This document shows, in pieces, positions 19,416 to 29,571 of a stretch of 64,000 nt of DNA. The stretch is from sequence record KJ019086.1. The stretch is one strand, 5' to 3'. The position numbers were made by a program, and so were the translations under genes. The notes beneath the pieces were generated by a model. The model had not been told where the DNA came from, did no database searches, and was given only the letters and a program-made list of their open reading frames with translations. Every line of letters starts with the position of its first letter. Position 1 is the first letter of the stretch.

Positions 19416-22400
19416 TTGCCCCTTAATAAGTTAGAGAATTTCATTAAGAATACGGATGGACGTACTCTGTATGTTAATCCAAACGATCTTAATGCTACTG
19501 ATAGTATTACAAACCAAGGCACTTCCCTTACAGAACCCTTCAGAACTATTCAGAGGGCGTTAATTGAGAGTGCGCGTTTCTCATATGTGCGTGGTGATGA
19601 TAATGATCTCATCGAGAGAACCACCATCATGGTGTATCCCGGTGAGCATCCTATCGATAACCGTCCTGGTTTCGGTATTAAGACAGTAGGTAATAGTCCG
19701 GTAGCGGTAACTCCTTCAGGTGAGTTGATTGATCCGTTCCAAGCATTTAACCTGACTGATGCTAGTAACTTTGATATTGAGTCTAGTAATAACGTTCTCT
19801 ATAGATTTAACAGTATCTACGGTGGTGTTGTTGTTCCCCGTGGTACTTCTATCGTGGGTATGGACCTACGTAAGACAAAGATTCGTCCGATATATGTTCC
19901 CAACCCCACTGATGATTCAGTAGATTACTCAGCGATCTTCCGTATCACAGGTACTTGCTACTTCTGGCAGTTCACCATCTTTGATGGTAACGAGAATGGT
20001 GTAGTATTCACTGACCCAAGAGATTTCTCTGAGAATAACCAGTCCAGACCCACTTTCTCACACCACAAACTAACAGCATTTGAATACGCTGATGGTGTTA
20101 ACCCAGCGGTAGAATCAGGGTTTGAACTTACTGACCTTGCTATGTATTATAGTAAGTTGTCTAACGCATATAATGAAGCATCTGGTCGTCCTATTGATGA
20201 GAAGTATCCATCAGATCCTGGTGGTTTTTCACCACAACGTCCTGAGTTTGAGATTGTTGGTGCATTCGCAACTGACCCAATCAATATCACTCGTTTAATC
20301 TCTGGTGATGGTTTTGTCCCTGATGCTGTCATCACAGTAGATACACAGGTCCCACATGAACTAAACACTGGAACACCAATTAAGATTCGTGGTGTTGCCA
20401 TCAGTGACTATAATATCTCTACAAAAGTATCTGCAGTTCTTAGTCCTACTAGGTTTACGTATAACCTATCATTCGTAAGACCTAACCTACCAGCAGAACC
20501 TTCAGTATCCTCTGCAACTGTAACCGTTGAGACTGATACTGTAACAGGTGCTTCACCATACATCTTTAACTGTTCGATGAGATCAGTTTGGGGTATCAAT
20601 GGAATGCACGCCGATGGTGCCAAAGCAACTGGATTCCGTTCCATGGTTGTTGCTCAGTTCACCGCGATCTCCCTTCAAAAAGATGATAGATCCTTCGTTA
20701 CTTATAATAAACAGGCACGTAGATACGATGGTATCAACGTCAATAAGACTGTAAGGGGTGCTGAACTATCTGCACAGTCATCTTCTACTAACTCAGCAAC
20801 TGTATACCACCTAGATCCTGACGCTATCTATCGTCCTGACTGGGGTACAACTCACATCAAGATGAGTAATGATGCAGTCATTCAGATTGTGTCTGTATTC
20901 GCTATTGGTTTCAATCAACACTTTGCTTCTATTGGTGGAGCTGATGCATCAATCACAAACTCTAACTCCAACTTTGGTCAGTTTGCACTGAAAGCTGATG
21001 GATTCAAGAATGATGCTTTCCTCAAAGATGATAAAGGTTTCCTAACATCATTTGTTTCTCCTAAGAGTGCGTATAACCCAGAAACTGATGATATTGAGAT
21101 CATTGACTGGATCAACATTGACTTTGATCTAACTCGTAGTATTGCCTTTGCTAATCAACTCTATCTAACTGGTTATACTAACGCGGAAGATAAACCACCA
21201 GTAGTTAATCAGGGTTTCCGAATTGGTGCCAACTACAAAGAGAGTCTCATTCAGAGAACAACAGTTGGTGCTGGTGCAGATGTAACCTCATCAGTAAGAA
21301 TGTGTGATAATATTCTCGGTCCTGGTAACAATCAAGCAACTGGTAGTAGTGTCGCTAGAAAGGTATATCAAGTTCTAGCTGGACCTATCAACAATACCCT
21401 CTCACTGGGTGTTCATGGACTACTTAATGGTGAGAGTGTCAGAGTATTCTCATCAACAGGTGACCTACCTGAGAACCTAGAAAGAGGTGCCCTATACTAC
21501 GCAAATGTGGTTGATGGTGAGAATATTCGTATTGCTACTTCCGAGTCTAATGCACTCAACAACATCTTCCTCAACATCTATGGTGGTGTTGAACTTCGTG
21601 TTGAGTCTAGAGTTAATGATAAGGAAGCAGGTGAAAGAGGTCATCCCGTTCAGTATGACTACACTAACCAGAACTGGTTTGTTCATACTGATGCCAATAG
21701 TGATATCTATCAGTATATTGTAGCCAACCCAACCTCTACAGATGGTATTGACTTTGTATCCATATTCAAGAGATTTGGTGATAACAGGGCACTAGAAGAC
21801 AAACTATATCGCCTCAGGTATGTTATTCCTAAGGAGTCAAGGAACGCAAAACCACCTACCCCTGGTTATGTTCTACAAGCATCAGCAACAACAGGTGCTA
21901 GGAATAACGATGACTTTATCCTACAGGATATTGGTATCAATGACTATGAATATAACAGAAACCCACGTTATATTGTAAGTTGTACTGTTATTGCTAATGA
22001 AGTTGAGGTTCGTAGTGAGATTCCACACAACTTGAATGTTGGTGATAAGATTAAAATAGTGAATGTTGCCAGTACAAATAACACTGGCGCATCACAAATC
22101 AAAGGTTTCAATGGTGAGTTCCTAGTTACTAGAGTTATCAACTCTCGTGAGTTTAGGTATGATATTACTGATGTAAATGGTTTTAGTAGAAATCCTGGTA
22201 CCTTCACCAACAACATCAATGAAAGAAACATTCTTCTACCTCGTTATGAGAGAAAGGATCTACAGAGTAATGTATTCGTATATCGTATTGAAACTATCAC
22301 TGATTTCCTAGAAGGTGAGAGGGATGGTATCTACCACTTATTCCTTCTTAATGGTTCTAACCCAGTAACAGAGACATTCACTGATATCCAATACAATCAA

Positions 22401-25283
22401 CCTGTGGAAGATTTATATCCACAGATGGATCCTGATAACCTTATTCAGAACCCCCCTGCAACCACAACGTTTGCTAAGAGGGCACCCCTAGGTGATGTTA
22501 CTATTGATGAACAACAGAACTCCATTACTAAAGAGTCTGTTGATAAAATATACAAGACACTTAATGTTGGTATCATTGAGACTGCTACTGATGGCACTGT
22601 TGGTGCTGGTGGAACACGTACAACCACACTAACATTCCAAAGAGAGCACGAGTTCAACTCTGTGTATAGTTACACCACACTAGTTGGTGGTGGTGGATAT
22701 ACTGATGGTACTTTCTATGATGTTAAACTACTCAGTGAGTTTGGCACAGTATGGGGAGGTGCTTCTGCTGTTGTTACTGTTACTGCTGGTACAGTTACCG
22801 CAGTTACTATCATGGATCCTGGTTCAGGTTATTCTGCAGGTCAGACACTATTCATCGATGGAACTACAATTGGTGGTGGTACTAACGCTACTATTAGTAT
22901 TACTCAGGCAGACTTAGAGGATAACAAGCATAGTATCCTACAGATTTCTGGTGGTGCTTTGTATAACCCAGATTCATATGTAGTGATGACCAGTGTTGAG
23001 GATCAGTCTTCAGTTGGTGTTGCTAGAACTTCTGGAAGTCCTGCTATTATTCCTGGTATGTACGCATATCCAGCAGATAGTGGAACAGGTATTTCTTCAA
23101 CTACATATAACTCCGATACAGGTTTAACAACACTAGTATCTACAGGTAGTGCTGGTTTTGGTCTTCAGAGGGGTAACACTTTCGTTGTATTCAGTAGTAA
23201 CTATAGCTATCTCGGTAAGTTCTTTGTATCTAATGTTCCAACTCCAGATACATTGGAGTTCTACTCATACCGAGATCTAGGAACTGTATCTATTGTAGGT
23301 AAGACAGGTTTAGATGTAAATGATGCTAACACTGGTTCCTTAGGTGAGAACGTGGGTGTTAGAGCTACACCACTATATGATAACGGTGTATTCTATCTTG
23401 AACAGTCTTCAGGTACTGGAACACAACTAACAGTTAGGGCTGAAGATGGTGGTGTGGCTGGTAATGTAGACTCTAAGATGTACCTAGGAAGATACTTCCA
23501 AATGGGTTCTGAGATTATCAGAGTTGCTAGTAAGAACTTTGATGGAGCCAATAACAATATCGTAACTGTTATCCGTGGTGCTCTTGGTACCGTTGTTAGC
23601 AACCTTCCCATTAATACTAAGGTGAAGGCAATCAGACCTTCCGCACTAGAACTTAGAAGACCTTCTATTCTACGTGCCTCAGGTCACACCTTTGAATATC
23701 TTGGTTATGGTCCTGGTAACTATTCCACTTCATTACCACAACTACAGGTTAAGCAACTCCCAGATGATGAAATTTACCTAGTACAGGCTCAGGAACTATC
23801 CTGTGGTCAGGTTGTTTATACTGGTATGAGTGATAATGGTGACTTCTATATCGGTAATACCAAGTATTCCGCAACCTCAGGAACACAATCAACCTTTGAT
23901 GTTCCCATCCCAACTGTTGCTGGTCAACCAGGTAGTTCTAATAATGTTGTGTTTGATGAAGTTATCATCAACCGTCGTCTATTCGTATCTGGTGGTGAAA
24001 CTAATGAGGTTCAGTCACAGTTTGATGGTCCTGTTAAGTTTACCCAGTCTGTTACTATCCAGAACAATCTTTTCGTAACTGGTACAACTCAACTCAATAG
24101 AATTGAGATCACCAGTACAGAGAACGCAACCAGTTCTGCTAATGGTGGAGCACTAACTATCAGAGGTGGTGCTGCTATTGGTAAAGACTTCTATGTTGGT
24201 GGTGAAATGTACACCAACGCATATCAAATAGAAGATACAAGTGCAGTTCTTGAAATTGGTACTAACCAGTCATCTAAGGATATCTCTGTTGGTGGTTCAA
24301 CTGATACAGATAGAGTTGTTTTTAATACAACTAAACTAGCAACAGGTGAAGGTGCTGAAGAGGTAGTTAACGCAGACGCTGGTGTTGTTGTTGAGGGTGG
24401 ATTAGTTGTTCGTGATGTTATTATCGCGAAAGAGTTTAGAGGTGCTGGAACTGGTGGTGGTCCTGGTACTATCCTACTCTGGGGTGGTTCTACTAGTGCT
24501 CTCCCTGACAGATATCTACTCTGCAACGGAGCTACTCTCAATAAAAACACATATAACAAACTATTCGAAGCCATTGGTTATATCCATGGTGGTAGTGGTA
24601 ATAGTTTTAAGTTACCAGATTTGAGAAATAGGTTTATCCCTGGTGCTGGTAGTTCTTATGCGGTAGCTGCAAAAGGTGGGGATGATTCAGTTGTACTAAC
24701 TGAAACGCAGATGCCACGCCACACGCACTCAACTTCAGCAGTCAACGCACCACATACTCACCCAGTATCGTTTACTAGTGGAGCGGCAAATGCACCACAT
24801 AAACACCCAGCTGGCACAGGTGGCGGTGGAAATCATAACCACCCATCAGGTGGCACAGGTGGTGGTGGTAATCACAATCACCCATCAGGTGGCTCTAACA
24901 ATACAGGCAACCATGGACACCCGTATAGTGCTCCGGGGCAATCCAAAACTGATGTTGCTAATTCTAACGAGAAGAATGTAACTAGCAACGTCAATGCCTC
25001 AGGTGCAGGAACCGGTGGTGGTGGAGCACACTCCCACTCTGTTTCAGTTAACAGTACATCCTCAGCTCATAATCACCCAGTAAGTGTCAACTCTGGATCT
25101 TCAGCTCATAATCACCCTGTTAGTGTTAATTCAGCTAATGCACCACATTCCCACCCAATTAGTGGTAATGCAGGTTCTGCAAACGCACCTCACGTTCACC
25201 CAATTGGTAATACTGGTGGTACTGCTTCCTTTGACAATAGACCCAAATACTACGCTCTCTGCTATATTATCCAATCAGAGTGA
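19416..25283 (+). CDS. Large tail fibre / baseplate-associated protein with tail-collar domain and HxH needle
   Basis: Cyanophage-type N-terminus MPLNKLENFIKN; collar motif GTILLWGG...YLLCNG...FKLPDLRNRF; 11 HxH motifs; TTG start (in-frame TGA at 19401). Confidence 0.8.
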   Translation: MPLNKLENFIKNTDGRTLYVNPNDLNATDSITNQGTSLTEPFRTIQRALIESARFSYVRGDDNDLIERTTIMVYPGEHPIDNRPGFGIKTVGNSPVAVTPSGELIDPFQAFNLTDASNFDIESSNNVLYRFNSIYGGVVVPRGTSIVGMDLRKTKIRPIYVPNPTDDSVDYSAIFRITGTCYFWQFTIFDGNENGVVFTDPRDFSENNQSRPTFSHHKLTAFEYADGVNPAVESGFELTDLAMYYSKLSNAYNEASGRPIDEKYPSDPGGFSPQRPEFEIVGAFATDPINITRLISGDGFVPDAVITVDTQVPHELNTGTPIKIRGVAISDYNISTKVSAVLSPTRFTYNLSFVRPNLPAEPSVSSATVTVETDTVTGASPYIFNCSMRSVWGINGMHADGAKATGFRSMVVAQFTAISLQKDDRSFVTYNKQARRYDGINVNKTVRGAELSAQSSSTNSATVYHLDPDAIYRPDWGTTHIKMSNDAVIQIVSVFAIGFNQHFASIGGADASITNSNSNFGQFALKADGFKNDAFLKDDKGFLTSFVSPKSAYNPETDDIEIIDWINIDFDLTRSIAFANQLYLTGYTNAEDKPPVVNQGFRIGANYKESLIQRTTVGAGADVTSSVRMCDNILGPGNNQATGSSVARKVYQVLAGPINNTLSLGVHGLLNGESVRVFSSTGDLPENLERGALYYANVVDGENIRIATSESNALNNIFLNIYGGVELRVESRVNDKEAGERGHPVQYDYTNQNWFVHTDANSDIYQYIVANPTSTDGIDFVSIFKRFGDNRALEDKLYRLRYVIPKESRNAKPPTPGYVLQASATTGARNNDDFILQDIGINDYEYNRNPRYIVSCTVIANEVEVRSEIPHNLNVGDKIKIVNVASTNNTGASQIKGFNGEFLVTRVINSREFRYDITDVNGFSRNPGTFTNNINERNILLPRYERKDLQSNVFVYRIETITDFLEGERDGIYHLFLLNGSNPVTETFTDIQYNQPVEDLYPQMDPDNLIQNPPATTTFAKRAPLGDVTIDEQQNSITKESVDKIYKTLNVGIIETATDGTVGAGGTRTTTLTFQREHEFNSVYSYTTLVGGGGYTDGTFYDVKLLSEFGTVWGGASAVVTVTAGTVTAVTIMDPGSGYSAGQTLFIDGTTIGGGTNATISITQADLEDNKHSILQISGGALYNPDSYVVMTSVEDQSSVGVARTSGSPAIIPGMYAYPADSGTGISSTTYNSDTGLTTLVSTGSAGFGLQRGNTFVVFSSNYSYLGKFFVSNVPTPDTLEFYSYRDLGTVSIVGKTGLDVNDANTGSLGENVGVRATPLYDNGVFYLEQSSGTGTQLTVRAEDGGVAGNVDSKMYLGRYFQMGSEIIRVASKNFDGANNNIVTVIRGALGTVVSNLPINTKVKAIRPSALELRRPSILRASGHTFEYLGYGPGNYSTSLPQLQVKQLPDDEIYLVQAQELSCGQVVYTGMSDNGDFYIGNTKYSATSGTQSTFDVPIPTVAGQPGSSNNVVFDEVIINRRLFVSGGETNEVQSQFDGPVKFTQSVTIQNNLFVTGTTQLNRIEITSTENATSSANGGALTIRGGAAIGKDFYVGGEMYTNAYQIEDTSAVLEIGTNQSSKDISVGGSTDTDRVVFNTTKLATGEGAEEVVNADAGVVVEGGLVVRDVIIAKEFRGAGTGGGPGTILLWGGSTSALPDRYLLCNGATLNKNTYNKLFEAIGYIHGGSGNSFKLPDLRNRFIPGAGSSYAVAAKGGDDSVVLTETQMPRHTHSTSAVNAPHTHPVSFTSGAANAPHKHPAGTGGGGNHNHPSGGTGGGGNHNHPSGGSNNTGNHGHPYSAPGQSKTDVANSNEKNVTSNVNASGAGTGGGGAHSHSVSVNSTSSAHNHPVSVNSGSSAHNHPVSVNSANAPHSHPISGNAGSANAPHVHPIGNTGGTASFDNRPKYYALCYIIQSE
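24813..24890 (+). repeat. 39-bp imperfect tandem repeat x2 (GTGGGGNHNHPSG)
   Basis: Units 24813-24851 and 24852-24890 differ only at synonymous sites. Confidence 0.8.
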
Positions 25284-25286
25284 TGG

Positions 25287-25294
25287 TATAAATA
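25287..25294 (+). promoter_or_regulatory. Late promoter
   Basis: TATAAATA upstream of 25326. Confidence 0.7.
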
Positions 25295-25325
25295 TCTATA
25301 AGGTACTCTAACCATTTTATAGATA

Positions 25326-27434
25326 ATGGCGAATTTTAATAAGGCGTTTAACTTTAGAGGTGGCTTCCAAGTTGATGAAGACACCTTTTTGGTGCGCGGT
25401 TCTAACGTTGGTATCGGATCTTCTGTTCCATCAGAAAGACTAGATGTTGACGGTGTTATTAAAGCTCGCGGTTTAATTATTGACTCCACTGATGTTGTTG
25501 CCATTACTACCGCATATGTTGGTGTTGTAAGTGCAACTGAGGTTCAATCCGGTATATTCACTGGAACTCCAAAAAATGGTGGTATTGCTACTTACTATGG
25601 TGATGGATCACAACTAATCAATCTCCCCACATCTCAGTGGGTTGATATTGATGTAGGATTAGGCTTCACTAGTATCTACGCAGCTGGAAATGTTGGTGTT
25701 GATACTGTAGATCCTAGGTATAAGTTTCAGGTCGGTGGAGTTCCTTTCAAAACCAAAACTGGTCCCCTCTTACAAGCACAAGATGGTGTAGGTGTTGAGG
25801 ATGGTAACATTTATTTCTCTGGTATTGCCTCTGCCAGATTCAAACCCGGTCTAGAAAAGCAGGGTTTTGTGGGTTATGGTTCATATATTAATACATTAAA
25901 TGCAGCTGAACTCACCACTGGTGATATTCCTTCATATGCATATGGTGATCTTATTATCACCGAAGAAATTATAGCACCTAAACTAACAGGTATTGCATCA
26001 ACTGCTATCGGTGTTACAACTGATGCTCAGTTATCATTTGATACTGCAGTAGCAAACGAACTTAGAGCAAAGAATAGATTTATCAGTACAGAAGGTTATC
26101 TTCAGATTGGTACTGATGAAGATGTTGCTGGTGTAGGTGATATTGAAGTAGTAAAAGATACAGATAACTCCAACATCTATTCAATATCTAATACTCGAGC
26201 ACAAATTCTGGTGGGTAATGAGAGACCCGGTGGATCTAATCGTGGTATTGGTGGAATAAGGAAGGGCACATTTACTAGTGATCCACTCACATCAGCCACT
26301 GATGTAGATTTGGTTAACTATGATGTCGGTAACCTAAACTTCTATCTCCATAACGGATCTGGTGGTCAGGGTGCAACAACTGGTAAGTTCCGTTGGATAT
26401 ATGGCCAGAGAGATATTTCAGTTATGGAGCTGGATAAAGATGGTCAATTAGTTCTACCTGATAATGTAGTGGTTACAGGTCCACTCCTAAGTGTTGGTGG
26501 AAGTGCATATCTCAAGAATGGTGCTCAGTTAGATGGTGATCTAAATGTTACATCAGGTATTGGTTCTTTCGCTAATGATGTTAATATCTTTGGAGAACTC
26601 AGTGTAGGTAGTATCTCAATATCTGGTGTTGTTACATTTAGTGGTATTGACACAGATATCCTAACTGTAGGATCAGACACAGTTATTCAATCTGGCATTG
26701 CAACCATTGCAAGAATTATGGTTGTTAATGATACAACCAATTCAGTAGATATCGATGGTTCTCTTGAGTCATCAACATTAGTAACAACTAACGCTAGTTC
26801 TTCCACATTAGTATTCTCACAGAGTTTAACAGGACCGAATGGTTTCACAGTATCATCTGATGGTAGTGTAACAGCCTCTAGTGTGGATGTATCAGGTAAT
26901 ATAGGTGCTGGTGGGACTTTTGAAGGTGTTGATATTGTTACAAACACCGGAAGCATCAACGACCTCACTGTTAGTGAATTAATCGGATCTAAAGTCGATG
27001 TTAGTGAGGTCGAAACTGATAGTCTCAATGTAGCAAACTCATCCACAGTTAATGACCTAAGTGCTACTAGTATTGAGACCACATCCATTCAGGCAGACAC
27101 CACTGATTTCAATGCCATGGAAGCAACTGCCGCAAGTGTGGATAGTTTAGGTTCTAAGAGTGGATCAAAAGTAGATATATCTGATGATCTAGACTTACAG
27201 AACAACGATATCGATGGAGTTAATGAGATAAACGTTGAGAACCTCAACGCAAACGATAGGGTTTCTAGCTCCTTTGGGCGCTATGGTATTACTAACAACA
27301 ACTACGTTTCTATTGATTATGGGGACAGAGGTTTCGGTAGTCAAGATCTTCCAGCTATTACTTTCGAGGTGTTTGATGATAACAACGTTTCCCTAGGACA
27401 GACATACTTCAAACTATATACCCCTGTCCCCTGA
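25326..27434 (+). CDS. Virion structural / fibre-like protein
   Basis: MANFNKAFNFRGGFQVD, NVGIGSSVP repeats, YYGDGSQLINLP motif typical of cyanophage fibre proteins. Confidence 0.65.
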   Translation: MANFNKAFNFRGGFQVDEDTFLVRGSNVGIGSSVPSERLDVDGVIKARGLIIDSTDVVAITTAYVGVVSATEVQSGIFTGTPKNGGIATYYGDGSQLINLPTSQWVDIDVGLGFTSIYAAGNVGVDTVDPRYKFQVGGVPFKTKTGPLLQAQDGVGVEDGNIYFSGIASARFKPGLEKQGFVGYGSYINTLNAAELTTGDIPSYAYGDLIITEEIIAPKLTGIASTAIGVTTDAQLSFDTAVANELRAKNRFISTEGYLQIGTDEDVAGVGDIEVVKDTDNSNIYSISNTRAQILVGNERPGGSNRGIGGIRKGTFTSDPLTSATDVDLVNYDVGNLNFYLHNGSGGQGATTGKFRWIYGQRDISVMELDKDGQLVLPDNVVVTGPLLSVGGSAYLKNGAQLDGDLNVTSGIGSFANDVNIFGELSVGSISISGVVTFSGIDTDILTVGSDTVIQSGIATIARIMVVNDTTNSVDIDGSLESSTLVTTNASSSTLVFSQSLTGPNGFTVSSDGSVTASSVDVSGNIGAGGTFEGVDIVTNTGSINDLTVSELIGSKVDVSEVETDSLNVANSSTVNDLSATSIETTSIQADTTDFNAMEATAASVDSLGSKSGSKVDISDDLDLQNNDIDGVNEINVENLNANDRVSSSFGRYGITNNNYVSIDYGDRGFGSQDLPAITFEVFDDNNVSLGQTYFKLYTPVP

Positions 27435-27441
27435 AGAATAA

Positions 27442-27500
27442 TGTGACAGTCGACAAACTGGCACAGGGGGGTTGGCAAACCCCCTTTTTTGTGCTATAAT
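27442..27500 (+). promoter_or_regulatory. Element 1
   Basis: TGTGACA-N10-TGGCACA; TTGGCA in G/C hairpin + T6; N17; TATAAT. Confidence 0.85.
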
Positions 27501-27533
27501 AACAGGGTAGTCAAACAGAGAGGTTAGGTTCTA

Positions 27534-27884
27534 GTGGGTTTCCTGAAGTCTCTGTTTGCTACTGCCTTGGTGGGTATTGTTGGTGTGGTGTCTCCCGCCG
27601 AGGCAAGTGTGGGTGGTAATATGTCCCCAGTCGTAGAGGGTATGTGTATAAAGTACACACCCTTTGGCAATCTGCCATGTAAGATTAGAGTAGATGATAG
27701 TAAAGAATTAGTGTATATTACAGACGGATATAACACTATGACATATACCAAGCACCCATTCATACCATATGCGTGGACAATGTATGTGAATGAACAACGG
27801 ATATCTAATATGTTATGCTCCCTAGATAAGTATAACTTCTCTTGTTTCACCTCAATCCAATTTGTTCCTGATTATGAAAACTAA
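27534..27884 (+). CDS. Hypothetical secreted protein
   Basis: Signal peptide ending PAEA; first gene after element 1. Confidence 0.6.
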   Translation: MGFLKSLFATALVGIVGVVSPAEASVGGNMSPVVEGMCIKYTPFGNLPCKIRVDDSKELVYITDGYNTMTYTKHPFIPYAWTMYVNEQRISNMLCSLDKYNFSCFTSIQFVPDYEN

Positions 27885-28206
27885 ATCATTGATGCTCACC
27901 AGTTTGATGGTGGCAACGATAACCGCATCACCTGTCATGGCGTACGGATATCGCCAACCATACTATCAACAACCCCCAGTTGTTATTCAACAGCCAGCAC
28001 CTGTTATCATTCAACAACCAAGACCCAGTACCCTAGAAACTGTTTTGGGTATTGCAGTTATTGGTGCAGGTTTATACTGGAATAGTCCAGCATATCAGAA
28101 CGATCATGGATATTATAATGGAAATAGAAACCATCATCACAACCAATACCAAGGTGGCAAAACATATGTAATTTGTAATGATTACGGACGGAGGTATTAC
28201 TGCTGA
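27874..28206 (+). CDS. Hypothetical secreted/membrane protein, Q/P-rich
   Basis: ATG 27874; signal peptide ending VMA, PVVIQQP repeats. Confidence 0.6.
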   Translation: MKTKSLMLTSLMVATITASPVMAYGYRQPYYQQPPVVIQQPAPVIIQQPRPSTLETVLGIAVIGAGLYWNSPAYQNDHGYYNGNRNHHHNQYQGGKTYVICNDYGRRYYC

Positions 28207-28415
28207 TGGATTTTGTGGCATTTATGATTGATAAGGAAAACGCCTTATCACTGATACAATCACTTCACGAATCTGCCGATAAGTGTAGTAAAGATGGAAG
28301 ACGAATTATGGAAGCAAACTATACCAAACTAGCAGACATGATGATGGAACAATACCTAGTATCAGAGAGTATCCACAGGAAGAGAAAAAGAAATAACGGA
28401 GATTATATCGGCTAA
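28206..28415 (+). CDS. Hypothetical protein
   Basis: Translationally coupled 69-aa ORF. Confidence 0.55.
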   Translation: MDFVAFMIDKENALSLIQSLHESADKCSKDGRRIMEANYTKLADMMMEQYLVSESIHRKRKRNNGDYIG

Positions 28416-28987
28416 TGATTGACTATCTTACCATCCCTAATAGCTTATCAGACAAACTTTGTGACGACATCATTCATAAGTTTGACAGTGATGATAGAGT
28501 TGATTATGGTAAAATTAATATGGGAGATGTTGATACTGAGGTCAAAAGATGTAAAGAGTTGTTCATATCAATCCTAGATAACTGGCGAGATCTTGACAAT
28601 CAGGTATTCAATGCGTCGGTGAAGGGGTTAAGTCAATACCGTGAGTACATTAATGAGTTATACGATGCCGATTATCTTCTAGGATCAGATAATTCTGATC
28701 AAGGTTACCGGGTAAAGAGATACGATATTGGTGAAGATTACTTTCATTGGCATCATGATCTACGCATAGATGAAAACCGTAGGATGAGATCAGTTGCCTT
28801 CATATGGTATCTAAATGATGTGGAAGAGGGTGGTGAAACAGAATTTAGTAATGGTCTAAAGATACGTCCAGAGAAAGGTAAACTACTTCTATTTCCATCT
28901 ACATGGAACAACGTACACAGAGGGAATACACCAATAAGTAATACGAAGTATGCTATTACTAGTTTCCTCTATTCCTCCTACGATTAG
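28415..28987 (+). CDS. 2OG-Fe(II) oxygenase
   Basis: WHHD, FIWYLNDVEEGGETEF, HRG...KY. Confidence 0.9.
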   Translation: MIDYLTIPNSLSDKLCDDIIHKFDSDDRVDYGKINMGDVDTEVKRCKELFISILDNWRDLDNQVFNASVKGLSQYREYINELYDADYLLGSDNSDQGYRVKRYDIGEDYFHWHHDLRIDENRRMRSVAFIWYLNDVEEGGETEFSNGLKIRPEKGKLLLFPSTWNNVHRGNTPISNTKYAITSFLYSSYD

Positions 28988-29016
28988 GTGATATATACTA
29001 AGTATGGGATACTTCA

Positions 29017-29571
29017 GTGGCAAAGGGTTATCGAATCAGGGGAGACTTTATTGCAAGTCTCATTAAACAACACGACTGTAAGATTGGTTATGAAATTGGG
29101 GTATCCAATGGTGCAACTTTTGGTAAGATCTTAAAGAAATGTGATAATATTGAGTGGCATGGTGTAGATCCATGGGTTGTATGTCCCGAGTATGATAAAC
29201 GCCCCAATGGTAAGGGTAAGTGGAATCATGATAGTAACTATGAGAAAGTTCAGGAGATTGTTAGTAAGTATCCAAAGCGTGCATATACCCACCGCATGAC
29301 CTCTGTAGAGGCTGCAAAGGAGGTAGAGGATAGAAGTATTGATATTATCTTTATAGACGGTCTGCACACCTACGAGGGGGTGAAGGAAGATCTAGAGGCT
29401 TGGGTGCCAAAGATCAAAATAGGTGGTATAATCTCTGGACATGACTATAAAGGTATGAAGAGACATGAGGGTGTGACTATACGAGTGAATGAAGTATTTG
29501 GTGAAGAAAACATTACTACTGGTCCAGATGTGACCTGGTGGTTATACAAAACGGAGGAACACGATGACTGA
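29017..29571 (+). CDS. Class I SAM methyltransferase (Methyltransf_24-like)
   Basis: YEIGVSNG, GVDPW, DIIFIDGLHTYEGVKEDLEAW, GGIISGHDY. Confidence 0.88.
   Translation: MAKGYRIRGDFIASLIKQHDCKIGYEIGVSNGATFGKILKKCDNIEWHGVDPWVVCPEYDKRPNGKGKWNHDSNYEKVQEIVSKYPKRAYTHRMTSVEAAKEVEDRSIDIIFIDGLHTYEGVKEDLEAWVPKIKIGGIISGHDYKGMKRHEGVTIRVNEVFGEENITTGPDVTWWLYKTEEHDD

Noticed and set aside
24811-24860. TGGCACA matches in the fibre gene
   Set aside because: No left arm, -35 or -10 at the right spacing; arises from Gly-Thr codons.
13736-27434. Diversity-generating retroelement acting on fibre genes
   Set aside because: No reverse transcriptase and no template/variable repeat pair differing at adenines was seen; the repeats are in-frame protein repeats.
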